A DNA stretch of 64,000 nt, from positions 12,281 through 76,280 of the forward strand of contig JAZUFU010000130.1 of NCBI GenBank assembly GCA_045640865.1. Direction: 5' to 3'. The translations under genes and the position numbers were made by a program. Position 1 is the stretch's first letter, and the number at the start of each line of letters is the position of its first letter. This document shows, piece by piece, positions 1 to 8,476 of this stretch. The notes under the pieces were generated by a model that ran no database searches, was not told the origin of the DNA, and was given only the letters and a program-made list of their open reading frames with translations. Source of the DNA: Acutalibacteraceae bacterium. Its GTDB lineage: Bacteria > Bacillota > Clostridia > Oscillospirales > Acutalibacteraceae.

Positions 1-91
1 TTCGTATATTGCAGTCCTTTGCAAAGAGTGATATATTATCCGCGAAATCACGGAAGATGATTTCAGATTATTTAAGTCAGGAGAGATTTAT

Positions 92-610
92 ATGTCAGAA
101 ATAACAGATTCAGATGACAGCATTCCCTTAGAAGCGACGAAACTCACCAACGATTACCGTACGGTTGTTCAGGAAAATCACCGTCATTACCAAAAGAGCT
201 TTGAACGTATGCTTGCCAAAAAAAGCAAAGCAGGTATAAACATCGCGGCGTTCTTTTTACCTGTGTTATGGTCGTTTTACCGAAAGATGTACGGCATGGG
301 AACAATAGCAATACTCATCTATGCGGCGGCTCAGGCTGCGGGTATCTTAACTGCCGATATGGACTCAATGGTACCGGCCTATATCATTCTCGGGGTAATG
401 TTTACCGCCCGTCTGCTTTATGCAATCTTCGCCGATTATCTTTACAAGAAAAAGGTTGAAAGAGTTATCGCCTGCGCTGAAGGCAGACATCCAGCCGCGC
501 GCAGAGAATACCTTAAAAGCCGCGGCGGTACGAGCTATCTTTCATGCGCCATAATGTTATACTTCTATGCACTGGCAGAGTATCTGCTCTACTTATTTGT
601 GATACGTTAA
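92..610 (+). CDS. DUF2628-like small membrane protein
   Basis: 172-aa ORF with an aggaga RBS about 7 nt upstream. It has hydrophobic helices and the motif AAFFLPVLWSFYRKMYGMG typical of DUF2628 proteins. A hairpin terminator follows. Confidence 0.55.
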   Translation: MSEITDSDDSIPLEATKLTNDYRTVVQENHRHYQKSFERMLAKKSKAGINIAAFFLPVLWSFYRKMYGMGTIAILIYAAAQAAGILTADMDSMVPAYIILGVMFTARLLYAIFADYLYKKKVERVIACAEGRHPAARREYLKSRGGTSYLSCAIMLYFYALAEYLLYLFVIR

Positions 611-620
611 ATATAAAAAT

Positions 621-652
621 ACCGCAGACAGGGTTCACGCCTTATCTGCGGT
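621..652. terminator. Bidirectional hairpin between convergent genes
   Basis: ACCGCAGA..(loop)..TCTGCGGT stem followed by gttctttt; preceded by a-rich sequence that gives a T-run on the minus strand. Confidence 0.55.
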
Positions 653-658
653 GTTCTT

Positions 659-1225
659 TTAATTCTGTTTTACAGGCTTTTTATCTATGACTACAAATTT
701 ATTTTCGGCGAGGGAGAGCATCGGTGCGTCGGATTTCGGATTGTCGGTGTAAGCGTTTCTGAATTCACAGTCGCCGACCACCTCTTTTATGCGTCTTACT
801 TTTTCCTCACGCTTGCAGTTTTCGCCTGTGATTTTCCCTGTTTTCGGGTTCACTCTTGTGCCGAGGATTATCTGAACTCCGAGCTTTTCGAGAATCGGTC
901 TTATCTCGAATTCGGGCGAAGCGGAGCACACAAGTGTTACCGCGTCATTTTCTGCCGGCTTGAACCATTCAAAAATTCTGTCCCCGTTCTTTTCCCAGAA
1001 AAGGGCTGCTTCTTTTTCGCCGTCAACGGATTTTAAAAAGCTGAAAAATTCCTCCTTGAACTGCGTGAGATTTATTTTTTTGAGGAAGAATTTTATTGCG
1101 CCCAGAATCTGACGGGGCAGATGTCTGATGATTTTTGGATGCCTTTTCATGCAGAAAAGCCAGAACGCGGTTGAAGAATCCACAGGGAAAACCGTTTTGT
1201 CAAAATCGTAAAGGTCAACCGTCAT
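659..1225 (-). CDS. HAD-superfamily (IB-like) phosphatase/hydrolase
   Basis: 188 aa. N-terminal DLYDFDKTVF carries the DxDxT HAD motif I, with a C-terminal ..YTDNPKSD.. motif. Its ATG overlaps the stop of the upstream GH95 gene (ATGA). Confidence 0.6.
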   Translation of the reverse strand: MTVDLYDFDKTVFPVDSSTAFWLFCMKRHPKIIRHLPRQILGAIKFFLKKINLTQFKEEFFSFLKSVDGEKEAALFWEKNGDRIFEWFKPAENDAVTLVCSASPEFEIRPILEKLGVQIILGTRVNPKTGKITGENCKREEKVRRIKEVVGDCEFRNAYTDNPKSDAPMLSLAENKFVVIDKKPVKQN

Positions 1226-3519
1226 ATAAGCTCACCGATTTCCTTTTTGCTCCCGTCAAGAGCAACTGTGACGGATTTTTCACCATAAACAAACTCAAAT
1301 TCGCCTTTTCCGCAGGCTGTGAGCTTTGAAAGCGTGCCGTTTTTCCACTCAATGTCAACCTTGACGCCGCCCTTTGCGAGCAGTCCTTTTACAGAGCCGT
1401 TCTGCCATTCATCGGGAAGAGCGGGGAGAACGAGAATCCTGTTGCCGAATGACTGTAAGAAAAGCTGAGCTATTCCGCTGACCGCACCGAAGTTGCCGTC
1501 AATCTGGAAAGGCGGATGAGCGTCAAGCATGTTGGGATATGTGCCGCCTCTGCCCCTTGTCTGCGGATTCGGAATGTATCTGAGCTGATTTTTAATGAGC
1601 TTCAGGGCGTGGTTGCCGTCTCTGAGACGGGCAAAGAAGTTTATCTTCCAGCCTAGGCTCCAGCCTGTGCCGCCGTCGCCGCGCTTTTTAAGCGTTTTGA
1701 TTGCCGCTTCTGTCAGTTCGGGAGTACGCTCAACATCAATAAGATTCGCGGGGAAAAGACCGTAAAGGTGTGAAACGTGCCTGTGCTTGATTTCGTCCTC
1801 GGGCTTCTCCTCATACCATTCAAGAAGTCTGCCGTCCTTGCCTGTTTTAAACGGAAGCAGCTTAGGCATAACCTCTTTTATCTCGTCAAGGAACGGGTCG
1901 CTGTCGCCTAAAATCTCAGCGCAGTTGAGAGCATTCTGGAGGTTGTCCTTGATGATGCTCATTGTCATTGTGGTTGTCTGGCTTACCGCGACCTCGTTGC
2001 CGTTTTCGTCAATGTATTTATTCTCGGGCGAGGTTGAAGGCGCGGCAATGAGATAACCGTCCTTGTCGGGCACAAGAATATCCACGCAGAATTTTGCCGA
2101 CTCAAGAATTACGGGATATGCTTTATTCTTTAAGAATTCAATATCGCCCGTGTATTCATAATACTCATACAGATGCCTTGTGAACCATGCGCCCGCCATG
2201 TTCCAGAAAAGCCACTGAGCACAGCCCTGAACGGGATTTGTCATGCGCCACAAGTCAACATTGTGGTGGCAGGTAAAGCCCCTCGCGCCGTAAAGGCGTT
2301 TCGCCGTCTCTTTGCCCGACTCGGAAAGTTCCCCGATGAATTCATTGAGCGGCCCGCAAAGTTCGGGCAGGTCGCACACAAGCAGCGGCCAGTAGTTCAT
2401 TTCGGTGTTGATGTTTACCGTGTAGTTTGAACGCCACGGAGAAACTTTCGCGTAAGTCCATATTCCCTGAAGCGTCATCGCCTGACTGCCCTCTCTTGAA
2501 GCGGAAATCGCGAGGTATCTGCCGAAGTTGAAAAGGAGCGCGTAAAGCTCAATATCGTTTTTGTTTCTGATGAATTCAAGCAGACGGGTTGATGTAACCG
2601 TGTTTTCCTTTTTGCCATCGCCTAAATCAAGGCATACGCGGTCGTAATATTTTTTATAGTCCGCGATATGCTCGGCCTTGAGCGTTTCGTAATCTTTCTC
2701 AGCCGCCGCTCTGACTTTATCTTTGCAAGGCTCAAAATATTCCTTGTCGGGGATCTCGTTCCACTTTTTAAAGCTGTCGTCAGCACCGAGAAAGATTGTG
2801 TAATAGCTCGCGCCGCTTATACGGACGCTGTTTTTGTTGAATTTTATCTTGCCGTCGGTTGCGAATTTTGCCGCCGCGCAGAATTCCATGCCGCGCTTTT
2901 CGCCGTCAAGATATTCATCTGTTCCGTCGTCGTGAATTTCTGACGGGCACAGACCTTTGAGGATGAGAAACTCGCCGTCGGTGAAAACTTCGTGCTTTAT
3001 TTCATTCTTGAAAGTGAAGCTGTAATCGAGCTTTTCGCCGCCGTCAGCCGTTGTGTTTATAACGAGCACATCGGCAGGTGCACTTACAAATGCCTCGCTT
3101 TTTATTTCTGTGTTTTTCAGCTTGTAGTTTACCGTGTGAACCGCCGTCTTGAGGTCGAGCTGACGCTTGTAGTTTCTCGGCTTCAGACCGCTTTTTGATG
3201 AAATAATCAGCTTGCCCAGCGGCAGATAAAACTGGCTGTTGTGAGAGGTGAATTTTTCCTCAATAAGCTCCTGAGCTTCAAAGTTTTTGCCTGCGAGCGA
3301 AAGCTCACGCGCCTTTTTGAAGGTCTCGTAGGGGTCAGCGGCAAATTCAGCTTTTTTATCTGGATAGCCCGACCAGAGCGTGTCGAGGTTAAGTTCCACG
3401 CACTCAACGTCGGTTCTGCCGTAAAGTGCCGCGCCGAGACTTCCGTTGCCCAGAAGCAGAGAATGAACCCACGTTTTTGCGGGATGATTGTACCATAATG
3501 TATTTGAAGCGTTGGTCAT
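1222..3519 (-). CDS. Glycoside hydrolase family 95 (alpha-L-fucosidase-type)
   Basis: The N-terminus NTLWYNHPAKTW..LLLGNGSLGAALYG..LNLDTLWSG is the GH95 signature, and the length (~765 aa) fits. I moved the start to the ATG at 3519 (MTNAS..) because GGAGGG lies 6 nt upstream; the ORF track extends to 3576. Confidence 0.8.
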   Translation of the reverse strand: MTNASNTLWYNHPAKTWVHSLLLGNGSLGAALYGRTDVECVELNLDTLWSGYPDKKAEFAADPYETFKKARELSLAGKNFEAQELIEEKFTSHNSQFYLPLGKLIISSKSGLKPRNYKRQLDLKTAVHTVNYKLKNTEIKSEAFVSAPADVLVINTTADGGEKLDYSFTFKNEIKHEVFTDGEFLILKGLCPSEIHDDGTDEYLDGEKRGMEFCAAAKFATDGKIKFNKNSVRISGASYYTIFLGADDSFKKWNEIPDKEYFEPCKDKVRAAAEKDYETLKAEHIADYKKYYDRVCLDLGDGKKENTVTSTRLLEFIRNKNDIELYALLFNFGRYLAISASREGSQAMTLQGIWTYAKVSPWRSNYTVNINTEMNYWPLLVCDLPELCGPLNEFIGELSESGKETAKRLYGARGFTCHHNVDLWRMTNPVQGCAQWLFWNMAGAWFTRHLYEYYEYTGDIEFLKNKAYPVILESAKFCVDILVPDKDGYLIAAPSTSPENKYIDENGNEVAVSQTTTMTMSIIKDNLQNALNCAEILGDSDPFLDEIKEVMPKLLPFKTGKDGRLLEWYEEKPEDEIKHRHVSHLYGLFPANLIDVERTPELTEAAIKTLKKRGDGGTGWSLGWKINFFARLRDGNHALKLIKNQLRYIPNPQTRGRGGTYPNMLDAHPPFQIDGNFGAVSGIAQLFLQSFGNRILVLPALPDEWQNGSVKGLLAKGGVKVDIEWKNGTLSKLTACGKGEFEFVYGEKSVTVALDGSKKEIGELI

Positions 3520-3651
3520 TGTGTTCCCTCCGAACTGTTTTTTAAAATTATAACATTTTAAATAATATAAAGTCAATTATATAAACTTAAATCTTGCAAT
3601 TTGAAAAATAATATAGTAAAATAACTCTAATATATTTTCGGAGATATTAAA

Positions 3652-4881
3652 ATGTCAGATGTTCTTATTATCGGCGGAGGTGCCGCAGGTCTTATGGCGG
3701 CAGGCGTCGCCTCAATGGCAGGCAGAGATGTTGTTGTTCTTGAAAGGAATGACAAGCCTGCGCGCAAGGTTATGATAACGGGCAAGGGAAGATGCAATGT
3801 TACAAACAACTGTCCCTCTCTTGACGAGCTTATTGCCAATGTTCCAGTCAACGGAAGATTTCTTTACAGCGCGTTTTCACGCTTCATGCCGCAGGACACA
3901 ATGGAGCTTTTTGAGGATATGGGCGTCGAGCTTAAAACGGAGCGCGGCAACCGTGTTTTCCCTGTGTCAGACAGAGCAGCGGATATTGTCGATGCTCTCA
4001 CAGCTTTCGCAACGGACGACGGAGCAAAGATTATAAAAGGCAGAGCGAAAGAGCTTATCATTGAAGACGGACAGGTCAAAGGTGTGCTGACTTATGAGGG
4101 CGAAAAGTATTTCGCCGACAGCGTGATTATCGCCACGGGCGGCAAGTCCTACCCCGCGACAGGCTCAACAGGGGACGGCTATAAACTCGCTCAGCAGGCA
4201 GGGCACACTATTATCACCCCGAAGCCATCGCTTGTTTCACTTGAATGTCATGAGGGCTTCTGCACGGACTTGATGGGGCTTTCCCTTAAAAATGTTTCAA
4301 TAAAGGTCAGCGACACAAAAAAGAATAAAATTCTTTATGAGGATTTCGGTGAAATGCTGTTCACTCATTTCGGAGTATCGGGGCCGATGATTTTATCCGC
4401 AAGCTCCCACATGAGAGAAATGGAACGCGGCAGATACGAAATCCATATCGACCTCAAACCGCGCCTGACTCTGGAGCAGCTTGACGCGAGAATATTACGC
4501 GATTTTTCAGAGAATAATAATAAAAATTTCATCAATTCCTTAGGCGGTCTTCTGCCGCGCAAAATGATTCCCGTTGCTGTGAAGCTCAGCGGAATAAAAC
4601 CGACGGAAAAGGTAAATCAGATAACAAAGGAACAGCGTCAGAAGCTGGCGGCTGTTTTAAAGGATATCAAGCTGACCGTCAACTCCTTCAGCCCCATTGA
4701 GGAAGCAATCGTTACCTCGGGCGGTGTCAAGGTCAGCGAGATAAACCCCAAAACAATGGCATCAAAGCTCGTCGATAATCTTTATTTCGCAGGCGAGGTT
4801 ATAGATGTTGACGCCTATACGGGCGGATTTAATTTACAAATAGCGTTTTCGACAGGTCATCTGGCAGGCGAAAATGTATAA
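3652..4881 (+). CDS. BaiN/HI0933-family NAD(P)/FAD-dependent oxidoreductase
   Basis: 409 aa. N-terminal dinucleotide fold DVLIIGGGAAGLMAA followed by ITGKGRCNVTN, the typical HI0933-like signature. Confidence 0.8.
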   Translation: MSDVLIIGGGAAGLMAAGVASMAGRDVVVLERNDKPARKVMITGKGRCNVTNNCPSLDELIANVPVNGRFLYSAFSRFMPQDTMELFEDMGVELKTERGNRVFPVSDRAADIVDALTAFATDDGAKIIKGRAKELIIEDGQVKGVLTYEGEKYFADSVIIATGGKSYPATGSTGDGYKLAQQAGHTIITPKPSLVSLECHEGFCTDLMGLSLKNVSIKVSDTKKNKILYEDFGEMLFTHFGVSGPMILSASSHMREMERGRYEIHIDLKPRLTLEQLDARILRDFSENNNKNFINSLGGLLPRKMIPVAVKLSGIKPTEKVNQITKEQRQKLAAVLKDIKLTVNSFSPIEEAIVTSGGVKVSEINPKTMASKLVDNLYFAGEVIDVDAYTGGFNLQIAFSTGHLAGENV

Positions 4882-4895
4882 ACGGAGGAATAAAT

Positions 4896-5567
4896 ATGTC
4901 AGTTAATGTTGCAATAGACGGCCCTGCGGGCGCAGGCAAAAGCACAATCGCAAGAAGCGCGGCAAAGCAGATAGGTTTTATTTATGTTGATACAGGCGCG
5001 CTCTACCGCACGGTCGGTCTTTACTCTATCAGAAAAGGCTTTGACACAAAGGACGCTGAGAAAGTAATTTCAACCCTCGGCGATATCAAAATCACCCTCG
5101 GCTTCAAAGACGGCGAGCAGAGAGTTTACCTCAACGGCGAAGATGTTTCCGAGGCTATCCGCACACCCGAAGCGTCAATGGGCGCGTCAAATGTTTCTGC
5201 GATTCCCGAGGTAAGAGCTTTCCTTTTTGATTTGCAGAAAAACATCGCGAAAGAAAATGACTGCCTCATGGACGGCAGAGATATAGGCACGGTTGTTCTT
5301 CCCGACGCGCAGGTCAAAATTTTCCTCACCGCTTCACCCGAAATAAGAGCAAAGCGCCGCTACAAGGAGCTTATCGAAAAGGGCGCGGATGTTAAATATG
5401 AAGATGTGCTCGAGGATCTTATCAACAGGGATTATCAGGACACTCACCGTGAAATAGCTCCCCTCAAGGCTGCGGACGACGCTGTTCTTGTTGACACAAG
5501 CAACTACGATTTTGACGGAAGTCTCAACGCGGTTATTGCCGTAATAAAAGAAAAGCTGGACAAATAA
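4896..5567 (+). CDS. cmk: Cytidylate kinase
   Basis: 223 aa, with IAIDGPAGAGKST P-loop and YVDTGALYR. ggagga RBS. Classic cmk-plsC-ispH/rpsA neighbourhood. Confidence 0.9.
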   Translation: MSVNVAIDGPAGAGKSTIARSAAKQIGFIYVDTGALYRTVGLYSIRKGFDTKDAEKVISTLGDIKITLGFKDGEQRVYLNGEDVSEAIRTPEASMGASNVSAIPEVRAFLFDLQKNIAKENDCLMDGRDIGTVVLPDAQVKIFLTASPEIRAKRRYKELIEKGADVKYEDVLEDLINRDYQDTHREIAPLKAADDAVLVDTSNYDFDGSLNAVIAVIKEKLDK

Positions 5568-6185
5568 ATGGAACTTAAACCTAATAAATTTGCGCTCAAC
5601 TTTATAAAATACAATAATCTTCTCATGCACATTCTTTTCAGAGTAAAGTTTGTGGGCAGGGAGAATATCCCCGACAGCGGCAATTATATTTTCGCCGCGA
5701 ATCACATAACAATCCTCGACCCGTTTTATGTCGGTCTGGGCTGCCGCAAGGAGCTTTACTACATGGCGAAAAGCGACCTTTTCAAAAACAAGCTGCTCGC
5801 CGCGTTTCTCAGAAAGATGAACGCTTTTCCCGTTAAGAGGGATACCTCCGACAGAGCATCTCTCAGACGCGCGGAGGAGATTATCAAATCGGGCGGCTCT
5901 CTCGGAATTTTCCCCGAGGGCAGATGCAACCTTGACGCCGACCTGCCTAAAAGAGCAAAGGCGGGCATAGGCTTTCTTGCAAGCCGCTGCAAATGCCCCG
6001 TTATCCCGATAAGTCTTTATAACGAGAAAAAAGGCAGACTTTTTTCAAAGCTGACCGTCCGCTTCGGCGAGCCTATATCCTGCGAGGAAATGGGCATAAA
6101 AGAGACGGGCAGAAATGACTATCAGCAGATAGCCGATGTCATTATGGACAGAATAATCAAGTTGTGGGGGCAGGGCCATGCCTGA
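5568..6185 (+). CDS. plsC: 1-acyl-sn-glycerol-3-phosphate acyltransferase
   Basis: 205 aa with the acyltransferase motifs ANHITILD (HxxxxD) and FPEGR. The ATG directly abuts the cmk stop. Confidence 0.8.
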   Translation: MELKPNKFALNFIKYNNLLMHILFRVKFVGRENIPDSGNYIFAANHITILDPFYVGLGCRKELYYMAKSDLFKNKLLAAFLRKMNAFPVKRDTSDRASLRRAEEIIKSGGSLGIFPEGRCNLDADLPKRAKAGIGFLASRCKCPVIPISLYNEKKGRLFSKLTVRFGEPISCEEMGIKETGRNDYQQIADVIMDRIIKLWGQGHA

Positions 6186-8277
6186 GATAATTCTTGCAAA
6201 AACAGCAGGCTTCTGCTTCGGCGTGAACCGCGCTGTTGACATGCTTTATAAAAAAGTTGATGACGGTGAAAAGGTCTGCACACTCGGTCCTATCATACAT
6301 AATCCGCAGGTGATTGCCGACCTTGAAAGCAAGGGCGTTAAGATAATCAATGACCCGCGCGAGCTTCCAGAGGGCACCGACCTTGTGCTGAGAACTCACG
6401 GCGTTGAGCGTGAAATTCTCGACAGGCTCGATGAAGCAGGCGTGAGCTACTGCGACGCGACCTGCCCGTTTGTTAAGAAAATTCACCGCATCGTCAGAGA
6501 GAATTCTGACGAAAATACGGTCGTTTTTATCGCGGGCGACTCACAGCATCCCGAGGTCAAGGGCATAATGAGCTACTGCCGCGGCGAGATTTTTACATTC
6601 ATAAATGCCGCCGAGCTTGAAAAAATCATCGAAAAATCCGACGATTTTACAAAAAATAAAATAATTTGCGTCGCTCAGACCACTTTCAGCATAAAAGAAT
6701 GGGAAAATTGTTTAAAAAAAATAAAAAAACACTATACAAACGCAATTATTTTTGATACAATATGTAATGCGACTAATGAACGCCAAAGTGAAGCGCTTCG
6801 CCTTTCGGGCGAGTGCGACGCTATGATAATTATCGGAGGCAGGCAAAGCTCCAACACAGCGAAGCTCAAAGCGGTGTGTCAGGTGAACTGCCCCACTTAT
6901 CTTATCGAAACCGCAGAGGAGTTACCGGAAATTGACCTTAGCGGCTTCGTGCGCATTGGTGTTACTGCGGGGGCATCCACCCCTGCCGGTATAATAAAGG
7001 AGGTACTATCAACCATGTCCGAAATTTTAAACGAACAGGAAAACGAAATCATCGAGGCTGCAGTGCAGGCTCAGACAGAGGAGGTGCAGGAAGCTGCTCA
7101 GCCGGCAAAATCTATTGACGAAATGGATTTTTCTGAGGCACTCGAAGAGTCTCTTAAAAATATGAACAACGACCAGAAGGTTCGCGGTATCGTTACAGCT
7201 ATCTCAGCCGGTGAGATACAGGTAGATATAGGCAGAAAGCAGACAGGCTATGTTCCCGCTGACGAATACAGCGCAGACCCCACAGCCGACCCCATGAAAG
7301 AGCTCAAAATCGGTGATGAAATCGGTCTTATCATCATGAAGACCAACGATCAGGAAGGCACAATCATGCTCTCCAAAAAGAAATATGACGCTCAGGGCGC
7401 ATGGGACAAGATGGCAGAGGCTCTTGACTCAGAAGAAATCCTTGAAGGCACAGTTGCCGAGGTTATCAAGGGCGGCGTTATCGTTGTTGCAAACGGCGTT
7501 CGCGTTTTCGTTCCCGCATCACTCGCAACAGCTTCCAAGGGTGATTCCCTTGAAGAACTCCTCAAGACAAAGGTTAAGTTCAGAATCATCGACGTTAACC
7601 GTCAGCGCAGACGTGCTGTAGGTTCAATCCGCAGCGTACTTAAAGAAGAGCGCAAGGCTAAGGAAGAGGCTTTCTGGGCACAGATCGAAGAAGGTCAGGT
7701 TTACGACGGAAAAGTTAAGTCCCTGACAAGCTACGGTGCATTTGTTGACATCGGCGGCGTTGACGGAATGGTACATATTTCCGAGCTCTCATGGAAGAGA
7801 ATCAAGCATCCCTCAGACGTTCTTGAAGTTGGTCAGGATGTAAATGTTTTCGTTAAAGCAGTTGACAAAGAAAACAAAAAGATTTCTCTCGGCTACAAGA
7901 AGGCTGAGGACAACCCCTGGGAAATCCTTAAGAGAGATTATCCCGTTGGCACAGTTGTTGATTCAGAAATCGTAGGTCTTACCGCTTTCGGCGCATTTGC
8001 AACCGTTATCCCCGGTATTGACGGTCTTATCCACATTTCTCAGATTGCTAACCAGCACATCAAGCATCCCGCAGACGTTCTCAAGGTAGGCGAGAAGGTA
8101 CAGGTTAAAATCACAGCTGTTGACTTTGACAAGAGCCGTGTAAGCCTTTCAATCCGTGAGCTCCTTGAAGCTGACAATGCTGAAGAAGCAGAAGAAGCTG
8201 TTGAAGAAGCAGCAGAAGAAGTAGCTGAAGAAGCTGCTGAGGCTGTTGAAGAAGCAGTTGAGGAAGCTGCCGAATAA
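6178..8277 (+). CDS. ispH: Bifunctional 4-hydroxy-3-methylbut-2-enyl diphosphate reductase (IspH) / ribosomal protein S1-domain fusion
   Basis: 699 aa. N-terminal ~280 aa are IspH-like (GFCFGVNRAV, ATCPFVKK, ICNATNERQ). The C-terminal part has four S1 repeats (e.g. YGAFVDIGGVDGMVHISE). It ends in an E/A-rich acidic tail. This fusion is common in Clostridia. Confidence 0.9.
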   Translation: MPEIILAKTAGFCFGVNRAVDMLYKKVDDGEKVCTLGPIIHNPQVIADLESKGVKIINDPRELPEGTDLVLRTHGVEREILDRLDEAGVSYCDATCPFVKKIHRIVRENSDENTVVFIAGDSQHPEVKGIMSYCRGEIFTFINAAELEKIIEKSDDFTKNKIICVAQTTFSIKEWENCLKKIKKHYTNAIIFDTICNATNERQSEALRLSGECDAMIIIGGRQSSNTAKLKAVCQVNCPTYLIETAEELPEIDLSGFVRIGVTAGASTPAGIIKEVLSTMSEILNEQENEIIEAAVQAQTEEVQEAAQPAKSIDEMDFSEALEESLKNMNNDQKVRGIVTAISAGEIQVDIGRKQTGYVPADEYSADPTADPMKELKIGDEIGLIIMKTNDQEGTIMLSKKKYDAQGAWDKMAEALDSEEILEGTVAEVIKGGVIVVANGVRVFVPASLATASKGDSLEELLKTKVKFRIIDVNRQRRRAVGSIRSVLKEERKAKEEAFWAQIEEGQVYDGKVKSLTSYGAFVDIGGVDGMVHISELSWKRIKHPSDVLEVGQDVNVFVKAVDKENKKISLGYKKAEDNPWEILKRDYPVGTVVDSEIVGLTAFGAFATVIPGIDGLIHISQIANQHIKHPADVLKVGEKVQVKITAVDFDKSRVSLSIRELLEADNAEEAEEAVEEAAEEVAEEAAEAVEEAVEEAAE

Positions 8278-8316
8278 TCTGATTTCGGTAATCAAAACCT
8301 TATAAAGCAATTTAAT

Positions 8317-8360
8317 CCGCTGTAACCTTTTATTTAAGGGCTATGGCGGGTTATTTTTTT
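8317..8360 (+). terminator. Probable intrinsic terminator after ispH/rpsA
   Basis: Imperfect CCGC..CC / GG..GCGG hairpin followed by ttattttttt. Confidence 0.45.
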
Positions 8361-8390
8361 GCGTAAAGCGTAAAATAATATTATTTTTCA

Positions 8391-8419
8391 TTGATATATC
8401 CTTATATATATGTTATAAT
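8391..8419 (+). promoter_or_regulatory. Sigma-A-type promoter for the GT2/TagF gene
   Basis: TTGATA (8391-8396), 17-bp spacer, TATAAT (8414-8419). Confidence 0.5.
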
Positions 8420-8476
8420 ATTATGAATATTTATACATTGGGATATTCGCAGACTCATTTTCGGAGGGATTGTATT

